Assembly: GCA_963663385.2 (NCBI GenBank)
Contig: CAXXXD010000004.1
Coordinates: 736,001 to 800,000 of the forward strand
Direction: 5' to 3'
Origin: Oceanispirochaeta sp.
GTDB taxonomy: Bacteria; Spirochaetota; Spirochaetia; DSM-2461
DNA length: 64,000 nucleotides
This document shows, piece after piece, positions 10,386 through 19,164 of this stretch. The position numbers and the translations under genes were made by a program. The first letter of the stretch is position 1, and each line of letters opens with the position of its first letter. Below the pieces are notes generated by a model, which was not told the origin of the DNA, did not search any database, and was given only the letters and a program-made list of their open reading frames with translations.

Positions 10386-11120
10386 CTATTTTTTCCGTTC
10401 GTCCCTGTATTCCGGGTAGTGATGATCCAGGCAGTCCGGGCAGATCCCATGGCTGAAATCTATATCAGCTTCTCTGTTAAGGTAACTTTCAATAGGATGC
10501 CATCTCCCGTTTTTATCCCGTATCCTTTTACAGAAGGAACAGATCGGCAGGTGTTCATTCAGACGGCGGATCTCTTTCTGATAGATACTTCGGCTGATTT
10601 CGTATGAGAAGATTATAAAGCAGTTGAATCCGTATACGATCAGAGCCGCCAGACTCTCCAAACCGTTGTAGGCAATGCATATAAAACCCGAACGGGATAA
10701 AATATAGAGAGTCCCCAGCAGTGACAGATGAAGGGATATCCAGAAAATCCCCCGTTTAATCCCGCGGGTGGAAACAAAAAGCCCCGGAAAAGCCAGACAC
10801 CAGAAAATTCCGGTATGGCCGAATCCTCCATTCCAATAGAGATAGAGTGATAGCAGCACTGTAATAAAATTAAGGGTTATGGAAGGGATGATATTACTTT
10901 TTCTGTACCTGAAAACCAGGATATTGACTGTCAGAATGATTATCCCGGCTCCGGTCTCAAACAGCCCCGCATATGTCTTGCCTATTATCAGATTCACAAT
11001 TCCGAAAACGGTAAAGAGAGCTGAAATCAGAAACGAGACAGAAAAGGAAATATGATTCCTCATGCGGTCATTTTCTGTATTTTTATGCAGAGGATCCTGT
11101 TGAATATAAGCATGTCCCAT
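10386..11120 (-). CDS. Multi-TM membrane protein with C-terminal CxxC...HGICPDC motif (start may be 11063)
   Basis: About 6 hydrophobic segments, then LPICSFCKRIRD...W...E.Y...FSHGICPDC. Confidence 0.75.
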   Translation of the reverse strand: MGHAYIQQDPLHKNTENDRMRNHISFSVSFLISALFTVFGIVNLIIGKTYAGLFETGAGIIILTVNILVFRYRKSNIIPSITLNFITVLLSLYLYWNGGFGHTGIFWCLAFPGLFVSTRGIKRGIFWISLHLSLLGTLYILSRSGFICIAYNGLESLAALIVYGFNCFIIFSYEISRSIYQKEIRRLNEHLPICSFCKRIRDKNGRWHPIESYLNREADIDFSHGICPDCLDHHYPEYRDERKK

Positions 11121-11178
11121 ATATTAAGAATGCGCTAAAAGAAATGATAATGCAAGTAGTTGTAATCCCGAATTCAGG

Positions 11179-11208
11179 TTGACAAGGGAGGAGAATCCTA
11201 TGTAGTAT
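11179..11208 (+). promoter_or_regulatory. Sigma70-like promoter of the GntR-desulfidase operon
   Basis: TTGACA (11179-84), 18 bp spacer, TAGTAT (11203-08). Confidence 0.6.
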
Positions 11209-11215
11209 TACTAGT

Positions 11216-11896
11216 ATGATCAGTGATAGTGTTAGTAGGGATACAGAGAATCCTCCCTCCCTGAAAGGCAGAATCTATCAGGAAATTCTGTTTGGAATCC
11301 TCACAAACGGATTTTCCCTGGACTCTTTTCTGGTAGAAAAGAAGCTGTGTGAAAATTTCGGCGTTAGCCGCTCCCCCGTGCGGGAAGCGCTTGTAGAGCT
11401 CTGCCGGGACGGGATTCTGAAAAATATCCCGAGAGCCGGGTACCAGATTGTGCGAATTTCTGAAAAACAGATGCGTGATGCCTTCCAGATAAGACTTCTG
11501 CTGGAGTCGGAAGGGCTGGAACTGGCATTTGAGCGTATAAATGATAAGGATATTGCTTCTCTGAAAACAATTGCAAATGAATCAACCAGGGCCCTCCTTG
11601 AAGAGGGGAGTATCTCTCTCCTGCGGCGGATGAATCTGAATGATGCTTTTCATATCAGCCTCTGTTCCCTTTCCGGCAACACACTTCTCAGTTCCTACCT
11701 GTCCGAAACCCTGAAGCTGCTGCATAGGGGGATGGCCCAGTTTATGATAGAAGAGTCCCAGCTGCCTCAGTCTGCTCATTCGATCCACCATCAATTGATT
11801 GAAGCCCTTGAGAGCCGGAAAAAAGATCTGGCTCTCAGGTATCTGAAAGAAGATATTTACTCCATGGAAAAGAAGCTCTGGGAGGTTTTAATATGA
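11216..11896 (+). CDS. GntR family regulator (FCD domain)
   Basis: wHTH motif LCENFGVSRSPVREAL and FCD-like NDAFHISL...GN. Confidence 0.92.
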   Translation: MISDSVSRDTENPPSLKGRIYQEILFGILTNGFSLDSFLVEKKLCENFGVSRSPVREALVELCRDGILKNIPRAGYQIVRISEKQMRDAFQIRLLLESEGLELAFERINDKDIASLKTIANESTRALLEEGSISLLRRMNLNDAFHISLCSLSGNTLLSSYLSETLKLLHRGMAQFMIEESQLPQSAHSIHHQLIEALESRKKDLALRYLKEDIYSMEKKLWEVLI

Positions 11897-13182
11897 ACCG
11901 GAAGGATTGGCCTCTGTATATCGACCTGATACACAGGGAAGTTGTACCTGCCCTGGGGTGTACCGAACCAACCGCCGTCGCTCTGGCCTCCGCCCGGGCT
12001 GCGGAAGAGCTGGGAAAGGAACCCGAGTCTATAGACGTATACCTTAGCCGGAATGTGCTTAAAAACGGTTTGAGTGTGGGAATTCCCGGAACAGGAATGT
12101 ACGGTCTGGATACTGCCGCAGCTGTCGGTGCACTGGACGGCCGGTCTGAGCTGGAGCTTGAGGTTTTAAAACAGATCTCTCCCGAAGGTTTGGAAAAGGC
12201 CAGGAAACTGCTGGCGGGGGGACGGGTGCAGGTTCGGTTAAAGGATTGCCCTGATATTCTGTATATTGAGGTAATCCTCCGCTCCGGCAGCGAAACAAGC
12301 CGGGTTATTATAAAAGAACGTCATGCCAATATCTGTGTGGTGGAACATAACGGACGGGTTGTTTTCAAAAAGGATCAGGAAGAAGAGAACGCCCTTAAAG
12401 AGGAATACGAGAGCATCAGGATGACGGAAAGGGATGTGTGGGACTTCGCCAATAATGCGCCCCTTGATGATCTCCGTTTTATTAAGGAGGCGGCGGATAT
12501 CAATACCCGAATCTCCGAGGAAGGTTTAAGCGGGGAATATGGTCTGCAGGTCGGCCGTTCCATTGATAAAAGTATTTCCAAGGGTTATCTGGAAGCCGAT
12601 TTGAGTAATGAAGCCATACGCCGGACGACCGGGGGGACAGATGCCCGTATGGCAGGATGCGATCTTCCTGTGATGAGCAATTCGGGGAGCGGAAACCAGG
12701 GGATCACCGCAACCATGCCTGTGGTCGCCGTGGCGGAGAAGCTTAAGGTTTCGGAGGAACAGCTTATCCGGGCCCTGATATTGAGCCATCTGACATCAAT
12801 CCATATTAAATCGTCCATGGATCGGCTTTCGGCTCTCTGCGGGGCTTCCGTTGCGGCAACCGGTGCCAGCTGCGGTATTGTCTACCTTATGGGCGGAAGC
12901 TATGAACATATCGAATACGCCATTAAAAATATGGTGGGGAATGTGGCAGGCATGATCTGTGACGGGGCAAAAAATGCCTGTTCCCTGAAGATCGCCTCCT
13001 GTGTCAGTGCAGCTGTCCAGGGCGCCCTCCTGGCTATTAACAGCATCGGGGTGAGTAATATTGAAGGGATTGTGGAAGAAGATATTGAAAGGACAATTGC
13101 CAATCTGGTTCAACTGAGTTCTCCCGGTATGATTGAGACCGATAAGGTTATTCTGGATATTATGACTCATAAAAAGAACTGA
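11893..13182 (+). CDS. cyuA: L-cysteine desulfidase (YhaM/CyuA/CdsB, serine dehydratase alpha-like family)
   Basis: PALGCTEP, SNSGSGNQGI, LSALCG and GMICDGAK motifs. Confidence 0.8.
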   Translation: MNRKDWPLYIDLIHREVVPALGCTEPTAVALASARAAEELGKEPESIDVYLSRNVLKNGLSVGIPGTGMYGLDTAAAVGALDGRSELELEVLKQISPEGLEKARKLLAGGRVQVRLKDCPDILYIEVILRSGSETSRVIIKERHANICVVEHNGRVVFKKDQEEENALKEEYESIRMTERDVWDFANNAPLDDLRFIKEAADINTRISEEGLSGEYGLQVGRSIDKSISKGYLEADLSNEAIRRTTGGTDARMAGCDLPVMSNSGSGNQGITATMPVVAVAEKLKVSEEQLIRALILSHLTSIHIKSSMDRLSALCGASVAATGASCGIVYLMGGSYEHIEYAIKNMVGNVAGMICDGAKNACSLKIASCVSAAVQGALLAINSIGVSNIEGIVEEDIERTIANLVQLSSPGMIETDKVILDIMTHKKN

Positions 13183-13211
13183 TTTTGCCCACTGATACCG
13201 GTATCTTATAA

Positions 13212-13556
13212 TCAGATTTTAACCCGGTTCCCTTCGGAGAGAAGAAGAACATCCGGAATATGATCTTCCGCGTCCTTAATATCAATCGTACAGTAGGAGC
13301 AGATAATGACTTTGTCCCCTTTGTGGGCCAGTCTGGCGGCGGCTCCGTTCAGGCAGACTTCTCCTTCTTTTCCGTCTATTATATAGGTGGAGAATCTGGC
13401 TCCGTTATTGATGTTCAAAATATCAACTTTCTCGTGACGGAACATATTAACCGCTCTATACAGAGCCGGATCAACGGATACGGAACCCTCATAATTCAGG
13501 TCCGCATCTGTTACGGTGGCCCTATGCAGTTTGGATTTCAGCATTTCTATTTTCAT
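13212..13556 (-). CDS. panD: Aspartate 1-decarboxylase
   Basis: KSKLHRATVTDADLNYEG/S self-cleavage site and CLNGAAAR. Confidence 0.97.
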   Translation of the reverse strand: MKIEMLKSKLHRATVTDADLNYEGSVSVDPALYRAVNMFRHEKVDILNINNGARFSTYIIDGKEGEVCLNGAAARLAHKGDKVIICSYCTIDIKDAEDHIPDVLLLSEGNRVKI

Positions 13557-14322
13557 TTCTGTTTAACTCCTGTATGAAATAAATCCCTTCCAGAACCAGA
13601 TCGGGATGGATGGCATCGAATAAACTTTCATGGCGAAAATGTTCAGCAAATCCACCGGTTCCAATAACAAGGGGCTCTTCCGTGGGAAATTTGTCCCTGC
13701 TTATTCTTTTGATAATTTCTCTGACAGCTCCCAGGTGCCCGTAGTAGAGGCCCGACTGGATGCACTCGGTAGTGGAACGGCCGCATATATCGGCGGGATG
13801 AATAAAAGCTACTTCCGGCAGGGCCGCTGTCTTTTCCGCCAGGGCCTGTCCGGCTATCCGGATACCCGGGACAATAGCACCTCCCAGGTATTCCCTGTGT
13901 TTTGTCACTGCCTCAAAGGTTGTGGCGGTTCCCATATCAACAATGATGATATTCCTATCGGTATAGCGGTAAGACCCGGCAACGGCAACCGCCACCCTGT
14001 CGGTTCCCAGTTCCAGAGGATTCCGGTAACGGATTTTCAGGCCTGTTATACTGTCCCTATCTACGGCAAAGGGCTGTTTGCCGTAATACCGGAGGCAGGC
14101 GGATTCGATCAGAGAGTTAAAAGCGGGGACAACACTGGCATAAGCTATGCGTTCCACCTCCTGCGCTTTGTACCCCTCCTGACGGAGCATCTCCAGTAGA
14201 AATTCGCCAAGATCCTTACCGGTCTCTGAATTGAACTCTTTTCTGAAGGGATGGATCAGTTCCCCTTTGCGGAAAAGCCCCCCCTTGAGCTCTGTGTTCC
14301 CTTTATCCAGTACCATTATCAT
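13522..14322 (-). CDS. coaX: Type III pantothenate kinase
   Basis: DxGNT, LGTDR, DMGTATT, GGAIVPG and TGG motifs. Confidence 0.95.
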   Translation of the reverse strand: MIMVLDKGNTELKGGLFRKGELIHPFRKEFNSETGKDLGEFLLEMLRQEGYKAQEVERIAYASVVPAFNSLIESACLRYYGKQPFAVDRDSITGLKIRYRNPLELGTDRVAVAVAGSYRYTDRNIIIVDMGTATTFEAVTKHREYLGGAIVPGIRIAGQALAEKTAALPEVAFIHPADICGRSTTECIQSGLYYGHLGAVREIIKRISRDKFPTEEPLVIGTGGFAEHFRHESLFDAIHPDLVLEGIYFIQELNRNENRNAEIQTA

Positions 14323-14996
14323 CTGCGGACAGCTCCTTCTATAAGGGTGTGGATTATTTCCGCCATCTCCTTTTTCGTACTTGTCTGAAACAGGAGCTCT
14401 CCGCCTGATGCATATATGGCGGCCGGGTGTTTATGCTCTGATATTTCCGGAAGGTTATTGTGGATGATATAGTCGACGCTCTCCCTGTGGAGGAGCTTTT
14501 CTACAGCTCTTTTCATCTCTCCCATAGAAATGGTATTGGTCAGTTTAAAACCCACTACCACGGGAGTTTTGTTTTCCGGGGCATATGCCTTTATTTTTTC
14601 AAGGATTTTAGGGTTCCTTTTAAGATGAAGAGTCAGATTCCCGTCGGAAGGGATCTTTCCTTTTTCCTGCGGTTTTATAAGGGTTCCCTTTTCTGTTTTT
14701 ATATAATCCGGAGAAAAATCGCTTACTGCCGCCAGATGCACCACTCCATGGTACTCTCCGGTTTTAAGCAGGTATTCCATTTTTGTCTTCAGGTCCCGGA
14801 AGCTGGTAAAGGGAGCTCTTTTCATTTCTCTCTTTGGAAGAGCTGCCTTTCTGCCGTGGAGGAGGGTCACGTCAGCTCCCATTTCGCTGAGTCTGTCGGC
14901 CAGCAGGGCACCGGTCCTGCCGGTTGAAATATTCGTAATGGACCGGACTCCGTCTATGGGCTCCTCGGTTCCCCCTGAGGTAATCAGTATGTTCAC
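14319..14996 (-). CDS. coaB: Phosphopantothenate-cysteine ligase (stand-alone CoaB)
   Basis: LITSGGTEEPIDGVRSITNISTG, HLAAVSDF and VGFKL. Confidence 0.9.
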   Translation of the reverse strand: MNILITSGGTEEPIDGVRSITNISTGRTGALLADRLSEMGADVTLLHGRKAALPKREMKRAPFTSFRDLKTKMEYLLKTGEYHGVVHLAAVSDFSPDYIKTEKGTLIKPQEKGKIPSDGNLTLHLKRNPKILEKIKAYAPENKTPVVVGFKLTNTISMGEMKRAVEKLLHRESVDYIIHNNLPEISEHKHPAAIYASGGELLFQTSTKKEMAEIIHTLIEGAVRR

Positions 14997-15529
14997 AGGG
15001 CTTCCTCCAGCAGGCGGACAATTTCCTCCGGTTCGGGGGCCCGCCCTTTTCCGATTGTTCCGCAGGCCAGAAAGCCCTCTTCGGGTTCTATAATCCTGGC
15101 ACCCCAGTTTTTCAGGGTGCCAAGATTTTCCTGCATCGCCGGATGGGAGTACATATTGATATTCATGGCCGGACAGATCCAGTAGGGCTTTCTGAAATTA
15201 TTGGACAGGAAAACGGCGGAGACCAGGTCTTCTGCCAGCCCCATCCGGAGACGGGCGATCGTTGCGGCCGATGCCGGATAAAGGACAATTGCATCCGCCC
15301 ACTCGGAGAGCTTTATATGGGGAATCTCATAAGCGGGATTGAACATGTCCGTTTGAACAGGTTGTCCGGTTATGCCTTCCAGAGTCACGGCGCCGATAAA
15401 CGCCAGGGCTTTTTCGGTTGCCGCCGTTTTAACGTTATGACCCTTTTTTTTAAGGGCCGATGCCAGAGACGCCGCTTTAAAGGCGGATATGGAACCGCTG
15501 ATACAGATAAGGATATTAGACGGGGACAT
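14993..15529 (-). CDS. coaC: Phosphopantothenoylcysteine decarboxylase (stand-alone CoaC)
   Basis: GSISAFK, HIxL, PASA, PAMN and LACG...GR. Confidence 0.9.
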   Translation of the reverse strand: MSPSNILICISGSISAFKAASLASALKKKGHNVKTAATEKALAFIGAVTLEGITGQPVQTDMFNPAYEIPHIKLSEWADAIVLYPASAATIARLRMGLAEDLVSAVFLSNNFRKPYWICPAMNINMYSHPAMQENLGTLKNWGARIIEPEEGFLACGTIGKGRAPEPEEIVRLLEEAL

Positions 15530-16277
15530 TATCAATTAACCTCGCTTTTCCCAGAAAGACGGCTCCGAAGATCCTGTTTTCCTGTTTTTTCAGATAGTCC
15601 ACTGTAAAACCGGAATTCTCCAGTTCCCGCCGCATCTCTTCGATGGATTTTCCGGAACTGATGGTTTTATAAAAGAGAGGGGCGGTTTCCAGCTCGTCAG
15701 GAGTGAGCATTTTGTTCCGGGAGCTCATGGCCAGGCCGCTTTTTTCTCTTACCAGCGGGCAGGGAACTATGGCGGTGTCCAGAAAAAAAGCTTCGGCCAT
15801 TCCCCTGATCAGCCGGTACTGCTGCCAGTCCTTCTCTCCGAAATACGCTCTTGTGGCCCGGGTCATCCCCAGAAGTTTCATAACCACCGTAAGGACACCG
15901 TCAAAATGGCCCGGTCGGGCGGTTCCGCACAGATCCCGGGAGTAATCCGTTTCTATCACTTTATAACGGTAATCATCCCTGTACATATCTTCGTAGGAAG
16001 GGTAGAGAAGGTAGTCTGCTCCCGCGGCCTCCAGTTCGGCTGCATCCGCCTCCCATGTAACCGGGTACGCCCTCAGATCATCGGGGTTATTGAACTGGGT
16101 CGGATTGAGGTAGATGGAAACGGCGCATATGTCATTCTCTCTGACCGCTCTGTCCACCAGGCTGATATGGGCTTTGTGGAGGGCTCCCATGGTGGGAACG
16201 AAACCGGTGGTTTTCCCTTCCGTTTTTAAATCTCGGAACCTGTCTCTCCATTCTTCTATGGACTGGATAATCTTCAT
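15516..16277 (-). CDS. panC: Pantoate-beta-alanine ligase
   Basis: FVPTMGALH, RPGHFDGV, FGEKDWQQ, GLAMSSRN and RLIDN. Confidence 0.97.
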   Translation of the reverse strand: MKIIQSIEEWRDRFRDLKTEGKTTGFVPTMGALHKAHISLVDRAVRENDICAVSIYLNPTQFNNPDDLRAYPVTWEADAAELEAAGADYLLYPSYEDMYRDDYRYKVIETDYSRDLCGTARPGHFDGVLTVVMKLLGMTRATRAYFGEKDWQQYRLIRGMAEAFFLDTAIVPCPLVREKSGLAMSSRNKMLTPDELETAPLFYKTISSGKSIEEMRRELENSGFTVDYLKKQENRIFGAVFLGKARLIDNVPV

Positions 16278-17065
16278 TAGCTGTAACTCTCCTTTTTGCC
16301 GGGGAAGGTCCTCTCTTTCACGCTGCGGTCGTACCTGTTCAGGGCCTCCAATATCAGAGAGTGTCCGTCCATAAAGGTCCGGACGAAACGGGGGCGGAAC
16401 TCTGTATTGAGCCCCAGAAGGTCCTGCAGCACAAGAACCTGCCCGTCACAGCCGTTTCCTGCTCCAATACCGATGGTAGGAATGGTCAGCTTTTCTGTGA
16501 TCCTGCGGGCCAGGAGGCGGGGGACGCATTCCAGAACCAGGGCAAAGCAGCCTGCTTCCTCCAGAGCCAGAGCATCGGACTCCAGCTGTTCCGCCCTGTC
16601 CGACTCCTTACCCTGAACTTTAAAACCGCCCATCTGATGGACCGATTGAGGTGTCAGGCCTATATGGCCCATAACAGGTACGCCCGACTCCGTTATATGA
16701 CGGATTATCTCTGTGTGTCCGCGGGTGCCTTCCAGTTTTATCGCATTGGCCCCGGCTCTCATCAGTTGTTCCGCTGCTGTCATGGCAGGTTCCAGCCCTT
16801 TCCGGTGGCTGAGGAAGGGCATGTCCCCTATTAGAAAAGCTTCTGGGGCCCCCCGGCGAACGGCTGCAGTATGCAGCGCCATTAGATCGACCGTTGCAGG
16901 GATGGTACTGTCGTAACCGTGCATGGTCATGGCCAGGCTGTCTCCCACCAGGATGCAGTCAATACCGGATCCCTGAATAATCCCGGCGCTCCAGCTGTCG
17001 TAAGAGGTCACCATGGAAAGGGGGCGGCTGTTTTCCTTGTATCTTTTAAAATCCGGTACTGTCAT
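16277..17065 (-). CDS. panB: 3-methyl-2-oxobutanoate hydroxymethyltransferase
   Basis: LVGDSL, DMPF, KLEG, GHIGLTPQS and IGIGAG..CDGQVLV. Confidence 0.97.
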   Translation of the reverse strand: MTVPDFKRYKENSRPLSMVTSYDSWSAGIIQGSGIDCILVGDSLAMTMHGYDSTIPATVDLMALHTAAVRRGAPEAFLIGDMPFLSHRKGLEPAMTAAEQLMRAGANAIKLEGTRGHTEIIRHITESGVPVMGHIGLTPQSVHQMGGFKVQGKESDRAEQLESDALALEEAGCFALVLECVPRLLARRITEKLTIPTIGIGAGNGCDGQVLVLQDLLGLNTEFRPRFVRTFMDGHSLILEALNRYDRSVKERTFPGKKESYS

Positions 17066-17301
17066 ATAAATTCTCCCTTTAGTACGGTTGATGCGAAAGA
17101 CCTGTATACAGGCTGATACGGGTCGTTCTCCAGAGACCTGATGTTACGCTGAACCGAGATTTTATCCCCCCGGGAGAGGGGGCCTGTCAGAGCACTCTGC
17201 CGGAGCATGGTTGTAAAGTTTCCGCGGAAAAAGAGATAACGTGCAAAATGTTCAGCCATCCGGCCGTCGCCGACCAGGGCACAGGGGAGGTGTTTTTTCA
17301 T
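17062..17301 (-). pseudogene. panG: Internally deleted Rossmann/DUF2520 (PanG-type ketopantoate reductase) remnant, 79 aa
   Basis: N-terminal ALVGDGRMAEHFARYL runs within about 12 residues into the DUF2520 C-terminal motif ALTGPLSRGD. It is the first gene of the pan operon and overlaps the panB start. Confidence 0.7.
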
Positions 17302-17415
17302 GGTACCTGTCCTTGGGATCAAGTCCTTTTTAAATTTAATAAAATGTAATAAAAACGGTTTGCTTTTAGTTTACCTGCCCTCGGGGCTCGGCGTCTCGAA
17401 GCAATCTACCTGTTA

Positions 17416-17446
17416 TTTATATACAGAGAGGCAAAAAAATTGTCAA
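17416..17446 (-). promoter_or_regulatory. Sigma70-like promoter of the pan/coa operon
   Basis: TTGACA (17446-41), 17 bp spacer, TATATAAA. Confidence 0.55.
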
Positions 17447-17471
17447 GTTGTACCTTCCGAGAACGGGATTT

Positions 17472-18959
17472 TTAAGTTTGTCCGGCTCCGATCCTGTCAA
17501 GGGACCACTGATACAGTTCCCGGTAGCGATAAGCCGATTTCTCCCAGGAAAACCGGCGGCTCATCCCTTCCCGGCGCATCTTCTCAATATGCTCAGGCCG
17601 GTCATACCAGGTGCTGACGGCCCATCCGACGGTATAATAGATGGTCTCGGGGCTTAAATCGTCAAAGAGAAACCCTGTTCCGTTTCCCGTATGCTCATCG
17701 TACTGTTCAACCGAATCCGCCAGTCCGCCCGTTCTTCTGACTATGGGCAGTGTTCCATAACAGAGGGAGTAGAGCTGATTTAATCCGCAGGGTTCGTATC
17801 TGCTTGGCATCAGAAAGAAATCCGAGGCCCCCTCCACCCGGTGAGCCAGGCGGTTGCTGTACGTAATAAAACTTTTCAGGTTGGGAAGGGCATGATCCAG
17901 ATGGCGAAGCTCCTCTTCGCACCAGTGTTCGCCTGTTCCCACTATAATAAACTGAACATGCATATCCTTCAAAATGCTGTAGAGTTTTCCATGCCCCGGT
18001 CCGCAGAGGTCTCCGAATCCCTTCTGGTCCGCCAGTCTGCTGACCATCCCGATAAGGGGAATATGGGGATTCACTTCAAGCCCCGACTCTTTCTGCAGCT
18101 CCATCTTCAATTTGGTTTTGTTGTCCATTTGTCCGGCTGAAAAATTCAGGGGGTGGAGATGAGGATCCCTGTCCGGATTCCATTCATGATAGTCCATCCC
18201 GTTCAGGATCCCGAAAAGATCATTCTGCCTGTACCGCAGAGCGGTGTCCAGTCCGCATCCGAATTCGGCAGTCTTTATCTCATTGGCATAGGAGGGCGAA
18301 ACCGTAGAGATTATCTCGGCATTTTCTATTCCCATTTTCAGATAGTTCAATGCCCCCTTATGGAGCCCGTTATTCCGGGCAATCTGCTCACCCTCCAGGG
18401 GAAGAATCCCTGCCAGATCCGGAGCAAAAACTCCCTGGTACCCCAGGTTGTGGATGGTCATGACTGAGGAACACCGGGAAAAATCCCTCCATCTCTCCCT
18501 GGCTTTCAGCAGGAGCGGAACGGGTCCCGAGACCCAGTCATGGCAGTGGAATATGTCAGGGATCCAGTGCAGCATCAGGCACAGCTGGAAACTGGCGGCA
18601 GAGAGAAAGGCAAAGCGGTGAGCGTTGTCATCAAAGGAGGACCCGGGAGTCGGCCCGTAAATCCCGTTTCGACCGTAAAAGTGCTCGTGGTCCAGCATAT
18701 AGACCGGAATGGAGGTATCCGGCAGAACCGTCTGGAGCACGCGGCACCACTCTTCTCCGTAGCCCATATGCACACCGAGAGGTCCAAGATCCTTTAAATT
18801 GTCTGTCGGGATGCTGTAATACCGGGGCATGACTATGCGGACATCCTCTCCCTGGTATTTCAGTTCTTTGGACAGGGCCCCCACCATATCCGCCAGGCCT
18901 CCGGATTTTGCAAAAGGTACGGTTTCGCTGGTGACCATCAGGATACGGTGATTTTTCAA
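17472..18959 (-). CDS. glgA: Glycogen synthase
   Basis: KSGGLAD, HCHDW, TIHNLGYQG, PSRYEPCGL and TGGLAD. Confidence 0.96.
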   Translation of the reverse strand: MKNHRILMVTSETVPFAKSGGLADMVGALSKELKYQGEDVRIVMPRYYSIPTDNLKDLGPLGVHMGYGEEWCRVLQTVLPDTSIPVYMLDHEHFYGRNGIYGPTPGSSFDDNAHRFAFLSAASFQLCLMLHWIPDIFHCHDWVSGPVPLLLKARERWRDFSRCSSVMTIHNLGYQGVFAPDLAGILPLEGEQIARNNGLHKGALNYLKMGIENAEIISTVSPSYANEIKTAEFGCGLDTALRYRQNDLFGILNGMDYHEWNPDRDPHLHPLNFSAGQMDNKTKLKMELQKESGLEVNPHIPLIGMVSRLADQKGFGDLCGPGHGKLYSILKDMHVQFIIVGTGEHWCEEELRHLDHALPNLKSFITYSNRLAHRVEGASDFFLMPSRYEPCGLNQLYSLCYGTLPIVRRTGGLADSVEQYDEHTGNGTGFLFDDLSPETIYYTVGWAVSTWYDRPEHIEKMRREGMSRRFSWEKSAYRYRELYQWSLDRIGAGQT

Positions 18960-19164
18960 GGGGCGGCTCCTTTTTTCTGTATTGCTTCAGTCTAATCGGG
19001 ATAGACCTGCAAGGCAATAAATTTATCAGGTTAACGGATAAATACGGTGGACTGGTTCCTGTTAATGATCAGTTTTATTCTGTCCGCTCTTATATCTCTT
19101 CCCATCAGTCCGGTTATGCGGAAGATGGGGATGATAAGGGAGGGGGATTTGGAACCGGGTTATC

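Noticed and set aside
13522..13556. coaX/panD 35-bp overlap as a programmed frameshift or fusion
   Set aside because: Both proteins are complete and panD has its own AGGAG RBS.
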